DNA of 64,000 nucleotides. Source: an uncultured Eubacteriales bacterium. Its GTDB lineage: Bacteria > Actinomycetota > Coriobacteriia > Anaerosomatales > PHET01. The notes beneath the pieces were generated by a model that ran no database searches, was not told where the DNA came from, and saw only the letters and a list, made by a program, of their open reading frames with translations. Positions 28,622-38,183 of this stretch are shown here, piece after piece. Location of the stretch: assembly GCA_964403885.1 (NCBI GenBank), contig CAYOHY010000005.1, positions 5,949 to 69,948 on the forward strand, in the 5' to 3' direction. How positions within the stretch are numbered: position 1 is the stretch's first letter; each line of letters begins with the position of its first letter. A program made the translations under genes and the position numbers.

Positions 28622-28724
28622 GTTCGCGTCGCTTTCAGCGCTCGGGCGGCGCGTTTCGTGCCGCCGCGGCCGCCGTGTGGAGCCGCCTCAGGCAAGTGTA
28701 CTCGACCCGATCAAGGAGGAGCCG

Positions 28725-30713
28725 ATGTCGCTCGGGAAGCGCGTCGGCCTGATGCTCAAGATCACGGCAGGCTTGCTGGCGGCGTTCTTCGTCGTCACGC
28801 TGGCGGCCGGCATCTACCTGCTCCAGCTGTCCCAGACGCTGCCTGATCTCCAAGTGGAGCGCACCACCGCGCGCACGCCTCAGACGTCCATCGTCTATGC
28901 CGCCGACGGCACCGTGCTGGCCCAATGGCACGGGGAGCAGGACCGCACGATCGTTCCGTTCAAGGACATGCCACTCCACCTGCGTGAAGCCGTCGTCGCG
29001 ATCGAGGACCAGAGGTTCTATCAGCACAACGGCGTGGATCTGGAGGGCATCGCCCGAGCGCTTCGCACGAACGCCGGATCGGGTGAGGTGCGACAGGGTG
29101 GTTCGACCATCACCCAGCAGCTCGTCAAGATCCTGTTCACCGACGGCGAGCGCACGCTCACTCGCAAGATCCGCGAGGCACTGCTCGCCTATGAGCTCGA
29201 GTCCAAGGAGAACAAGGACCAGGTGCTCGGCACCTACCTGAACACCGTCTACTTCGGCGGCGGGGCCTACGGTGTGGAGAGTGCGTCCCAGCACTACTTC
29301 GGCAAGAAGACCGCATCGCTGTCGCTCCCGGAAAGCGCACTGTTGGCGGCGGTCATCCGCTCGCCTGCGCGCTACAGTCCCGTTGCTGAACCGCAGGAAG
29401 CGCGCAGGCGGCGAAACCTTGTCCTGTCGGAGATGCGCAAGCAGGGCTACATCACCGAGGAGCAGGAGATCTCGGCTGCGAGGACGCCGCTCAAGCTCGC
29501 GCCTCCGCGTGACATCCCCCAAGTCGCCCCGTACTTCGTCGAGTACGTGAAGCAGGATCTCATCGAGCGCCTGGGGGCCGACAAGGTGTACGGCGGCGGG
29601 CTCAGGGTCTACACGACGCTCGAGCCAGACATCCAGAAAGCAGCCGAGAAGGCTGCGCGTCAACTGTCCGGACCCCGTGATCCCGAGGTTGCCATCGTCG
29701 CGGTTCGCCACGACGATGGCTCGGTGTTGGCGATGGTCGGCGGACGCGACTTCGCGAAGAACCAGTTCAATCTGGCCGCCCAAGGACGTCGACAGCCCGG
29801 ATCGGCCTTCAAGCCCTTCGTGCTTGTCGCCGCGCTCGAAGAAGGCATCCGACCTCAGCAGAGATTCTCCTCGTCGCCGTACTCCGTCCGCGTCAAAGAC
29901 GGGGTCTGGAACGTGCAGAACTACGAGAACACCTATACGCACGGGAGCCTGTCGTTGCAGGCCGCGACCAACTGGTCGGTCAACGCCGTCTACGCGCGGC
30001 TCATCATGATGATCGGGCCGGCGAAGGTGGTCGAGACGGCGAAGCGACTGGGCATCAAGAGCCCGCTTGAGCCCAATCCGGCGATCGCTCTTGGTGGTCT
30101 GAGCAGGGGAGTCTCACCGCTGGAGATGGCGTCTGCCTACGGCACGTTGGCGAGCGGCGGCATGCGAGTCGAGCCCAGCGGTATCGCGCGTGTCACGGAC
30201 ACGCGAGGCAAGACGCTCTACGAGCCGGCGCGCGGCGCGAAGCGCGTCTTGGACAAGGGTGTCGCGGTTCAAGCGTCGCTCATGCTCCACGACGTGGTCG
30301 AGCAGGGCACGGGAACCGCCGCGCGGATCGGCAGCTGGACCGCGGGCAAGACCGGAACCACGCAGTCGTATCGTGACGCGTGGTTCGTCGGGTGGTCCGG
30401 GGACGTCTCCTCCGCCGTCTGGGTCGGATACCCTGAGGCACAGGTCGACATGACGAACGTTCACGGCATCAAAGTGACGGGAGGTAGTTTCCCGGCCAAG
30501 ATATGGGCGCAGTTCATGCGAGGGGCGACGACCGCACGTTCACGCGCCGTCACGCCGCCAAGTCCCCAGGGGTCAGACGGTTCGACCGGGAATCAGGTCC
30601 TCGTGCGGATATGCCAGGACAGTATGAAGCTGGCCAACAAGCGCTGCCCCAACACGGTCGAGATCTACCTCGCGCCCGAGATGGTGCCGCGGAACACCTG
30701 CACGCTGCACTAG
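28725..30713 (+). CDS. Class A penicillin-binding protein (transglycosylase-transpeptidase)
   Basis: AIEDQRFYQH.GVD, GGSTITQQL, RK..E, RQPGSAFK (SxxK), S.N, AGKTGTT. Confidence 0.96.
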   Translation: MSLGKRVGLMLKITAGLLAAFFVVTLAAGIYLLQLSQTLPDLQVERTTARTPQTSIVYAADGTVLAQWHGEQDRTIVPFKDMPLHLREAVVAIEDQRFYQHNGVDLEGIARALRTNAGSGEVRQGGSTITQQLVKILFTDGERTLTRKIREALLAYELESKENKDQVLGTYLNTVYFGGGAYGVESASQHYFGKKTASLSLPESALLAAVIRSPARYSPVAEPQEARRRRNLVLSEMRKQGYITEEQEISAARTPLKLAPPRDIPQVAPYFVEYVKQDLIERLGADKVYGGGLRVYTTLEPDIQKAAEKAARQLSGPRDPEVAIVAVRHDDGSVLAMVGGRDFAKNQFNLAAQGRRQPGSAFKPFVLVAALEEGIRPQQRFSSSPYSVRVKDGVWNVQNYENTYTHGSLSLQAATNWSVNAVYARLIMMIGPAKVVETAKRLGIKSPLEPNPAIALGGLSRGVSPLEMASAYGTLASGGMRVEPSGIARVTDTRGKTLYEPARGAKRVLDKGVAVQASLMLHDVVEQGTGTAARIGSWTAGKTGTTQSYRDAWFVGWSGDVSSAVWVGYPEAQVDMTNVHGIKVTGGSFPAKIWAQFMRGATTARSRAVTPPSPQGSDGSTGNQVLVRICQDSMKLANKRCPNTVEIYLAPEMVPRNTCTLH

Positions 30714-30727
30714 CCCAGGGAGAGGGA

Positions 30728-31012
30728 ATGGATCACTACCGAGTGCTTCAGGTCACCCGCGATGCGGAACCCGAGGTCATCGAGCGAGCCTATAAGGCCC
30801 TTTGCCTCAAGTATCATCCGGACGTCGTGGGTGATTCACCGGCCTCGACCCGTAGGATGCAAAGGATCAACGAAGCGTATCGGATCCTGGGCTCCCCTGA
30901 GCGGAGGCGCGTGTACGACGCCTCGCTTTCCCCTGAGCGCGCTCAGGGGTGGGACCGCTTCCTTGCCGACGGACTCGTCGGCCTGTTCGCTGATCGCTAC
31001 ATCCGGCGATGA
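30728..31012 (+). CDS. Small J-domain protein
   Basis: MDHYRVLQV....E.EVIERAYKAL..KYHPD, INEAYRIL....RRR.YD. Confidence 0.88.
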   Translation: MDHYRVLQVTRDAEPEVIERAYKALCLKYHPDVVGDSPASTRRMQRINEAYRILGSPERRRVYDASLSPERAQGWDRFLADGLVGLFADRYIRR

Positions 31013-31028
31013 GGCCTCGCCGGATCTC

Positions 31029-32180
31029 CTAGCGCCCGCGCCCTCTGGTTGCGAACTTCGCGATCGCGGGAACCTTGAGCCCGATGACCTGCGGCGGGCA
31101 CAGCTCCTGGCAGCAGTAGCAGCGTATGCATGTCGAGTAGTCGAACGCCGGCCCGTCTTCGCCCACGACGATGGCGCCCACAGGGCACGACTGCTCGCAC
31201 TTCTTGCACCGGGTGCACCCGGCGGGTCTCTCGAGGATCGGGCGTGCGGTGGTCCAGGCGCGCAGGCGCGGCCCCAGCCATGCGGGCATCATGGACGACA
31301 GGTCGCGCGCAGGTAGCTCGAACCCGTCGGGCGCGAGCTCACGCCAGTCCGCGCCCACGACGGTAACCTCGTCCACTGACTTGGGACCCAAGCCGCGGTT
31401 GGCGGCCGCCTTGTTGGAGTACACCTCCATGGGGTCGAGGCCGGCCATCGCCGAGGCCACCACATCAAGTGACACGCTGTCGGCGGATGCGATGAGCGCG
31501 CCCACCTTGCGCGGCGTGCCTCCTGCGGGGCCCTCGCCCTCCATGCCAACGACCGCGTCCATCACGGCGAGTGTTGGCCGGCATGCGAGCATCAGGTCGA
31601 TCAGCATCGACCCGAAGTCGTCGCGGTCGGGAACCTTGAGGTGATACTGGGCCTTCTCGAGGCCGGGAATGCAGCCGAACAGGTTCTTCACGGCGCCCGT
31701 GAACATCATGAATCCGTGCGTCTTGAACTTGGGCACGGTGATGAGCACGTCGGCATCGATCACCGCTCTGCCCAGAGTGAACGTGTTGTAGAGCTTCGCC
31801 TCGGAACAGGTGCCTCGTGCGCAATCGTCGTCGAACAGCACCAGCTCGACGCCCTCCTCGGCGCACACGGCTCCGATGCCGCTGTCCTCCCAGACGCGCT
31901 TGACCTGCGCGGGAGTGTTTGGCCCACCGGGGCTGTCACCCACGATCGGTGTGCCCCCGGCCGCCCGTACGGATCGGATGAGGGCTCGCACGACCTCGGG
32001 GTGTGTGGTGACCGCGCGTTCAGGAAGTGCTCGCGAGAGCAGGTTCACCTTCAGCAGGACGCGCTGGCCTTCACTGACGAACGCCGCCATCCCCCCGAGT
32101 GGGGAGAGGGCGGCGTTCAGTGACTCTTCGACTGTGGCGCGATCGTAGTCGTCGCATCGCGCGATGCTCACGGTATCCAT
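31029..32180 (-). CDS. DUF362-family protein with C-terminal 2x[4Fe-4S] ferredoxin domain
   Basis: VLLKVNL, TTHPEVV, PKFKTH...TGAVKNLFG, DAVVGMEGEGP, CTRCKKCEQSCP, CIRCYCCQELCP. Confidence 0.92.
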   Translation of the reverse strand: MDTVSIARCDDYDRATVEESLNAALSPLGGMAAFVSEGQRVLLKVNLLSRALPERAVTTHPEVVRALIRSVRAAGGTPIVGDSPGGPNTPAQVKRVWEDSGIGAVCAEEGVELVLFDDDCARGTCSEAKLYNTFTLGRAVIDADVLITVPKFKTHGFMMFTGAVKNLFGCIPGLEKAQYHLKVPDRDDFGSMLIDLMLACRPTLAVMDAVVGMEGEGPAGGTPRKVGALIASADSVSLDVVASAMAGLDPMEVYSNKAAANRGLGPKSVDEVTVVGADWRELAPDGFELPARDLSSMMPAWLGPRLRAWTTARPILERPAGCTRCKKCEQSCPVGAIVVGEDGPAFDYSTCIRCYCCQELCPPQVIGLKVPAIAKFATRGRGR

Positions 32181-32207
32181 GCCGTGAGTCTAGCGCAGTC
32201 GCAAGGA

Positions 32208-32552
32208 TCAGGCTTGTGCCTGCTCGCGCTCGAGCAACTTGTTGTGAACCGCGCGAAGTATCGCCGGGTAGCTTACGGCTCCATCGTAGACGGCAAGTCC
32301 GTCGACGCATGTGACGGGGAAGAGCAGTCCCTTGGTCTGAATCTCTTCGATCATCTGGCCGTGCGCCTGCTGCACATCGGGCGACTCGGCGTTGTAGTAG
32401 AGGATCTGAGCGTCGTCACCGTAACGGCGTTCGAGCTCGGCGCGGATGATGGCCGTGATCTCCTCCGGAGACCAAGAGGGGCCTCATCCACCGGAGAAGC
32501 ATTCGGTGGCGGTGGGGACGTCGAACACCTCGACGATGACGGGATCAGGCAT
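32208..32552 (-). CDS. Putative selenoprotein (in-frame UGA at 32484-32486), thioredoxin-like fold, 114 aa
   Basis: RBS AGGAGG-cctc-ATG. Reads MPDPVIVEVFDVPTATECFSGG-UGA-GPSWSPEEIT...LLFPVTCVDG...YDGAVSY, and the frame stays open 91 codons after the UGA. SECIS-like hairpin. Not in the supplied ORF track. Confidence 0.8.
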
Positions 32553-32560
32553 GAGGCCTC

Positions 32561-32764
32561 CTAGGCGAAAGTGATGGCGCCGCCGGCGCACACCCGGACG
32601 CACGCACCGCACCCGGTGCACTTGTCTTGGTCGATAGCGTACCCGTTGGCACCCGGGCGCGCTCCGCCCGGAATGGGTGTGATGGCACCCTTGGGGCACA
32701 CGCGCCTTGCAGGGCACCCCGGCGATCGGTCACAGCGGGCGACATCGATGGTGACGGCTGGCAT
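32561..32764 (-). CDS. Small ferredoxin (4Fe-4S dicluster type)
   Basis: [14 protein letters not shown] and [19 protein letters not shown] aggag. Confidence 0.88.
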   Translation of the reverse strand: MPAVTIDVARCDRSPGCPARRVCPKGAITPIPGGARPGANGYAIDQDKCTGCGACVRVCAGGAITFA

Positions 32765-32816
32765 TCGAACGGTCTCCTGGTTCGTCGGCTGGCGGATTCG
32801 ACCGCCGTTACAGGGG

Positions 32817-32845
32817 AGTATACCCACGGGGGTATGAAAGCGCAA
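32817..32845 (-). promoter_or_regulatory. Sigma70-type promoter (TTGCGC-17-TATACT) overlapped by a CsoR/CstR-type palindrome ATACCC-N4-GGGTAT (32820-32835)
   Basis: Minus strand reads ttgcgc tttcatacccccgtggg tatact. The inverted repeat has perfect 6-bp arms. Confidence 0.72.
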
Positions 32846-32938
32846 CCTGTGCCAACACGTGCTCGGGTAGCGACCCGAGCGCGGCGCGGTGATAGTATGA
32901 GCGACGATGCAGTAGGTTTCCTGTCGAGTGGAGGACCG

Positions 32939-34099
32939 GTGGCGAGCAAGCGTTCAATCGGAGTTACCAGGCGTCGACTCATGCTTGTGATGGGTTCTGC
33001 CGGGTTGGCTATCGGTGCTCTGTTCCCGCTGCTGGCGCGGTTCTTCGTCGAGCCCAAGAGCCCCTCGGCGTTCTTCATGTTCTGGGGTCTGTGCATCGTT
33101 GCCGGTGTCGCGCTGGGTATCGTGTGTGCGCTTCTCTCCGCCCGCGTGGGCGAGCGCATGTTCCAGTCTGTGCTGACACAGGCCCAGTCCAGGTTCGGCA
33201 TCGCCGCCGACCAGAGCGGCGACGCCGATGACCTTCAGAACGAGACTCTGAGGCTCATCGGCGAGGTGACCAGCATGCTTGGTCAGGTCAAGGCGGTGAA
33301 CAACGACATCCGCGCACTCACCTCCGAGGTGCTTGCCGCCACCGAGCAGCAGGCTTCGGGTGCAGCACAGCAGGCGGCCGCAGTCACCGAGACGAGCGCC
33401 ACGGTCGAGGAGCTCGCTCAGACCTCCAAGCAGATCGCCGACAACTCGCAGTCCGTCGCAGCCATCGCAGAGCGCACGCTCGCATCGGCCGAGGACGGCA
33501 TGCAGGCCGTGGCCGACACCGTCGCCGGCATCGAGGAGATCCGCGAGAGCACCCAGGTCGCCTCGGACCGCATCCTTGCGCTGGGCGAGCGCAGCCAAGA
33601 GATCGGCCGCGTGCTCGTCATCATCGACGACATCGCCGAGCAGACCAAGATCCTCGCGCTGAACGCGGCCATCGAGGCCGCGCGTGCGGGCGAGGCCGGC
33701 AAGGGCTTCGCCGTCGTCGCTGAGGAGATCCGCAAGTTGGCCGACTCCGTGACGGAGTCGACCTCCGAGATCGGCCGCGTCGTTCGCGAGATCCAGTCGA
33801 GCGCAGGGTCGCTCGTCATGTCGACGGAGCGCGCGCAGAAGAAGGTCGAAGAGGGCAAGATGCAGGCGCGTCGCACCGCGGATTCACTCGACAAGATCGT
33901 GCAGCGCGTCGAGGAGACCACGGACTCCGCGAAGCAGATCTCCATCGCCACTCAGCAGCAGAGGACCGCATCCGACCAGGTGGTCATCTCGATGCGCGAG
34001 ATGGCCCAGGTCTCGTCGCAGGCCGCCGAGGCGTCCCGTCAGATCCAGGGCGCCATCAGCGAGCTCAACCGCCTCGCCGACTCGCTGGCGGTGCGCTGA
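32939..34099 (+). CDS. Methyl-accepting chemotaxis protein (2 TM, short linker)
   Basis: [40 protein letters not shown] after ggagga; alternative ATG at 32897. Confidence 0.92.
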   Translation: MASKRSIGVTRRRLMLVMGSAGLAIGALFPLLARFFVEPKSPSAFFMFWGLCIVAGVALGIVCALLSARVGERMFQSVLTQAQSRFGIAADQSGDADDLQNETLRLIGEVTSMLGQVKAVNNDIRALTSEVLAATEQQASGAAQQAAAVTETSATVEELAQTSKQIADNSQSVAAIAERTLASAEDGMQAVADTVAGIEEIRESTQVASDRILALGERSQEIGRVLVIIDDIAEQTKILALNAAIEAARAGEAGKGFAVVAEEIRKLADSVTESTSEIGRVVREIQSSAGSLVMSTERAQKKVEEGKMQARRTADSLDKIVQRVEETTDSAKQISIATQQQRTASDQVVISMREMAQVSSQAAEASRQIQGAISELNRLADSLAVR

Positions 34100-34557
34100 T
34101 GTCGACCGTCGCCGATCGCCTTGAAGACGCAGGCCTCACGCTTCCGGCTGCACCGATGCCCGCCGGCGCCTACGTGCCTGCCGTGCTGTCAGGCACGCTG
34201 GTCTTCACATCGGGGCAGCTTCCCATGCGCGACGGCGCGCTCATGACCACCGGCATCGTTGGCGCCGAGGTGTCTGCGGAGACCGCGTTCGACTGTGCCC
34301 GCCAGTGTGCGCTCAACGCGCTCGCGGCAGCCGCCACCGTGTGCGACCTCGATCGCGTCGTGCGCGCCGTCAAGCTCACCGGTTACGTGGCCTCGGCCGA
34401 CGGCTTCACCGCGCAGCCCGGGGTCATCAACGGTGCCAGCGAGGTGCTCGCGACCGCCTTCGCGGAGTGCGGCGCTCATGCACGCGAGGCTGTTGGCGTG
34501 GCACAGCTCCCCCTGGGTGCGCCCGTCGAGGTCTCGATCGTGCTCGAGATCGGCTGA
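34099..34557 (+). CDS. RidA/YjgF-family protein
   Basis: P.PAGAYVP, VFTSGQLP, VINGAS.VL, HAREAVGVAQLPLGAPVE. Confidence 0.9.
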   Translation: MSTVADRLEDAGLTLPAAPMPAGAYVPAVLSGTLVFTSGQLPMRDGALMTTGIVGAEVSAETAFDCARQCALNALAAAATVCDLDRVVRAVKLTGYVASADGFTAQPGVINGASEVLATAFAECGAHAREAVGVAQLPLGAPVEVSIVLEIG

Positions 34558-34686
34558 TTTACCCACCCGTTCGCCCCCTCGTTCGGTTGTAGACGCGCGG
34601 GAACTCTTATAGAGTTCTCATGGAATGCCGCGCGACGGTCGCCGGCACGCGCGTCGCGTGTAAGAACTAGCGAGGAAGAGGTGCGT

Positions 34687-36813
34687 ATGGCGAAGATCTC
34701 CCTAGCCGGGTTCAAGGACCCGGTTCGCCGACCGCGATACATCATCTGGACCGGCGTCGCCGTCCTGGTGCTGGCCGCGGTCATGATCGTGGCCCTGGGG
34801 GTGACTTCCACCCGCTGGTTCTGTTCCGAGGGCTGCCATAAGGTCCAGGACGACACCATCATCGCCTACTCGCACTCCTCGCACTCAGAGATCTCGTGCA
34901 TGGCGTGCCACATGCCCGTCGGCGCGAACCCCGTGATCTTCATCCTGCACAAGGCTGAGGCGCTCGGCGAGCTCTATATGACCGTCACTGACAACTTCGA
35001 GCTCCCGCTGAACGGCGAGTCTGAAGTCTCGCTCACCATGAAGCAGACTCAGTGCACCCAGTGCCATAACCTCGAGAACAGGCCGATCACGCCCAGCAAG
35101 GGCATGAAGATCGACCACAAGGTTCACTCTGAGATCAACGCATCGTGCCCGGTGTGTCACAACCGCATCGCGCACCGCGAGGACTTCAAGCTCACTCTGA
35201 CCGACCCCAAGACCGGCGAGCCCAACAAGAAGCACAACGACTTCATGTCGATGACCGCGTGCTTCCGTTGCCACAGCCAGGACAAGGGTTCGGAGGCGCC
35301 GGGCGCCTGCTCCGCGTGCCACACGCCGGGCTTCGAGCTCAAGCCGCCGTCGCACAAGACCTCCGACTTCTTCCCCAAGGGTCACGGCGAGATGGCGAAG
35401 GAGGCCCAGGCGGAGTCCGCCAAGGCCAAGGCTGAGCACGCCAAGAAGCTCGCCGAGGAGGGCAAGGCCGAGGGCAAGGACGTCAACGAGGTCATCGCCG
35501 AGCAGCGCAAGGGCGAGACCGAGGAGGGCGCCAGCATCGGCGAGGAGCTCCCCACCGTCGAGTCGGTCTACTACTGCGCCACCTGCCATACCGATCAGTT
35601 CTGCGTGAACTGCCACGGTATGGAGATGCCGCACCCGGCCGAGTTCAAGGAGCCCAAGGACGTCAAGGACCCCAACGGCCACCCGGTGATGTCCAAGACC
35701 AAGGCTGACAAGTGCCAGATGTGCCACCAGCCCAAGAAGACCCAGTTCTGCAACGAGTGCCACCACGGCAAGGCCGTCGGCTACGAGTACAACAAGGCCG
35801 TCGCGTGGACCACTCAGCACCCCAAGGCTGTCCAGAAGTCCGGTGTGAAGTCCTGCACCGCCAAGTGCCACAGCCCCAAGTTCTGCGTGGATTGCCACAC
35901 CGGCCGCAAGGTCGTCCCGTCGTCGCACCGTGCCGCGGGTTGGGTCAAGACCGCCAAGAAGACCGTGACCGTCTACGGTCAGACTCCTGCGGCTCCCTCG
36001 GCCAAGCACGCGCTCGAGGCGCAGAAGTCGATCGAGTCTTGTGAGGTATGCCACGGTGCCGGCGGCACCCAGGCGGCCTTCTGCAAGGCCTGCCACAAGG
36101 CTGAGATGCCGCACCCGGCAGAGTTCAAGAAGAACCACATCAACGGTCGTAAGACGCCCGCGGTGTGCACGAACTGTCACAACTGGAAAGAGCTGTGCAG
36201 CAACTGCCACCACATCGGTGCGTCCTACACCCGTCCGTGGACCGCGGTGCACGGCGCGTCGGTCAACAAGAACGGTGCGACCGACTGCCTCAAGTGTCAC
36301 GGCGGCGAGTCCGGTACGGACAAGTCGTTCTGCGTGAAGTGCCACACGGCCCGCAAGGTCAAGCCTGCCTCGCACCGTGCAGCCAAGTTCGTGCGCGACT
36401 ACAGCGCCAAGGATGCCGTGCACGTCCAGCTCTACACCAAGGACGGCGAGGTGTGCACCTACTGCCACAAGGGCGACGCGGCCAAGCTGCCGACGTCCAC
36501 CTTCTGCCAGGGTTGCCACAAGCTCCCGATGCCGCACCCCGAGGGCTTCGGCGCCAAGGGCAAGGGCAACGGCGGCGAGCACCAGAAGCTGCTGAAGTCC
36601 AAGAAGACGAGCAAGGCTGTCTGCGCGAACTGCCACCAGCCCACGTTCTGCAACTCTTGCCACCACGAGGGTGCCCCGGCGAACCGCCCGTGGCTCCGCT
36701 ACCACCCCAACGTGGTCAAGAAGAACGGCGCGACCGGCTGCTTCGACTGCCACGCCGAGACGTTCTGCTCGAACTGCCACGTCAACCTGGCGAAGCGTGG
36801 TCTGCTGAACTAG
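34687..36813 (+). CDS. Membrane-anchored multiheme cytochrome c (22 CxxCH + 2 CxxxCH) with NapC/NirT-like N-terminus
   Basis: N-terminal TM helix, then TST.WFCSEGCH, SHS.ISCMACH, LHKAEALGELY, then repeated CxxCH...FCxxCH pairs. Confidence 0.93.
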   Translation: MAKISLAGFKDPVRRPRYIIWTGVAVLVLAAVMIVALGVTSTRWFCSEGCHKVQDDTIIAYSHSSHSEISCMACHMPVGANPVIFILHKAEALGELYMTVTDNFELPLNGESEVSLTMKQTQCTQCHNLENRPITPSKGMKIDHKVHSEINASCPVCHNRIAHREDFKLTLTDPKTGEPNKKHNDFMSMTACFRCHSQDKGSEAPGACSACHTPGFELKPPSHKTSDFFPKGHGEMAKEAQAESAKAKAEHAKKLAEEGKAEGKDVNEVIAEQRKGETEEGASIGEELPTVESVYYCATCHTDQFCVNCHGMEMPHPAEFKEPKDVKDPNGHPVMSKTKADKCQMCHQPKKTQFCNECHHGKAVGYEYNKAVAWTTQHPKAVQKSGVKSCTAKCHSPKFCVDCHTGRKVVPSSHRAAGWVKTAKKTVTVYGQTPAAPSAKHALEAQKSIESCEVCHGAGGTQAAFCKACHKAEMPHPAEFKKNHINGRKTPAVCTNCHNWKELCSNCHHIGASYTRPWTAVHGASVNKNGATDCLKCHGGESGTDKSFCVKCHTARKVKPASHRAAKFVRDYSAKDAVHVQLYTKDGEVCTYCHKGDAAKLPTSTFCQGCHKLPMPHPEGFGAKGKGNGGEHQKLLKSKKTSKAVCANCHQPTFCNSCHHEGAPANRPWLRYHPNVVKKNGATGCFDCHAETFCSNCHVNLAKRGLLN

Positions 36814-36837
36814 GCGATCGTGTCACTGCTCGATCAA

Positions 36838-36874
36838 GAGGGGCCCGTCCCGAGAGGGGGCGGGCCCCTCTTCT
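36838..36874 (+). terminator. Intrinsic terminator after the 24-heme cytochrome gene
   Basis: gaggggcccgtccc-gaga-ggggcgggcccctc followed by ttct. Confidence 0.7.
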
Positions 36875-36965
36875 GTGCGAGCAGCCCCCACCAGAGGCAA
36901 TCTGCATATCTGCAGGTCTTTGGGGTTGGCGGCGCGGCGGGGGCGTGCTAGCATAGCGCCTCGTC

Positions 36966-37042
<77 letters not shown>

Positions 37043-37103
37043 TCGAATACAGGCGGCGGGCCGCATCTGCGGCCCGCCGTTCCCGTTTCCAAAAGAGGTG
37101 TCC

Positions 37104-37793
37104 GTGCTCCAAGGCTTTCTGCATTGGATCGGGTTCGGCCTGTGTCATCAGCTGCCGGAGCGCTCCTTCTTTGGCGGCGGTGTCCAGGTCCCCGTGTGCG
37201 CGCGTGATACCGGCATCTACTTCGGATTCATGATCTCGCTTGCCGTCGTCGCCATCGTGCACCGGGGTGAGCGCCCTCGGGGGTTTCCTCGGATGCATGT
37301 CTGGGTCCTGATGGGCCTGCTGCTCGTTCTCATGGGCTGGGACGGCGTGTCTTCGTATTCAGGCCTGCGTACCACCACCAACGACCTTCGGCTCCTTACA
37401 GGGCTCGGTGTGGGCTTCTCGGCGGCTGTGGTCATCTACCCGATGCTTCAAGATGAGCTGTGGACCCATCCAACGCCGGGTCGGGTCTTGGACCCCGTCT
37501 GGCGATTCACGACATGGGCGGCGAGCATGTTCGCCGCGTTCGCTGCGCTGCGGTGGGGGGCGCCACTGTTGGGGTTGGGCTACCCGCTCGCGGCGGCCGG
37601 CGCGATCATCGCGACGCTGACCACGATCAACCTCGTCGTCGTCGCGATGCTGCCCGCGTTCGACCGGAAGGCCTCCTCCGTACGGCAGATCCTCGTGCCG
37701 ATCGCCATATCGATGGTGATCGCGTTCGCCGAGATCGAGCTCGCGGCGCTTCTGCGTGCTTGGATCGACGCGATGGTGAAGTCAGTCTCCTGA
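37104..37793 (+). CDS. DUF2085-family membrane protein
   Basis: LCHQLPERSF....QVPVCARDTGIYFG, DGVSSY.GLR.TTNDLRLLTG. Confidence 0.85.
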   Translation: MLQGFLHWIGFGLCHQLPERSFFGGGVQVPVCARDTGIYFGFMISLAVVAIVHRGERPRGFPRMHVWVLMGLLLVLMGWDGVSSYSGLRTTTNDLRLLTGLGVGFSAAVVIYPMLQDELWTHPTPGRVLDPVWRFTTWAASMFAAFAALRWGAPLLGLGYPLAAAGAIIATLTTINLVVVAMLPAFDRKASSVRQILVPIAISMVIAFAEIELAALLRAWIDAMVKSVS

Positions 37794-37861
37794 GCGCGTG
37801 CCCAGATGGCCCGAGATGCGGTAGATTCTGGGTAAGCCCGATTCGAAGCAGGGGGAGCACC

Positions 37862-38101
37862 GTGTACACATCCAAGGACAAGGTCCGCTGTGTGGTCGTG
37901 GTCGGCAATTGGCGCGTCGAGGGTGACATCCACGTCCTTGCGGGAAGCCGGCTCACGGACGCCCTGAACTCAAAGGCGAAGGACTTCATCGCCGTGACCG
38001 ACAGCGTGGTGTTTGATGCGACGACCGGCAAAGAGCTCTTCCGGCCGCCCTATCTCGCCGTGAACCGTGACGCGATGTCGGTCATCTTCCCTGTGGAGTA
38101 G
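37862..38101 (+). CDS. Small conserved hypothetical protein (DUF6812-like)
   Basis: VEGDIHV..GSRLTDALN...DFIAVTD...YLAVNRDA. Confidence 0.7.
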   Translation: MYTSKDKVRCVVVVGNWRVEGDIHVLAGSRLTDALNSKAKDFIAVTDSVVFDATTGKELFRPPYLAVNRDAMSVIFPVE

Positions 38102-38183
38102 CGCCCGGGCCGCAGGCCCTCGACTTCGATGTCAGAGCCGGCCGATATCTTCACTGCGAACACACGTTCGTAGGAGGAATCGC

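Noticed and set aside
32184-32564. Plus-strand 126-aa ORF
   Set aside because: It has no RBS or motif, and it lies antisense to the better-supported UGA-readthrough gene within a minus-strand operon.
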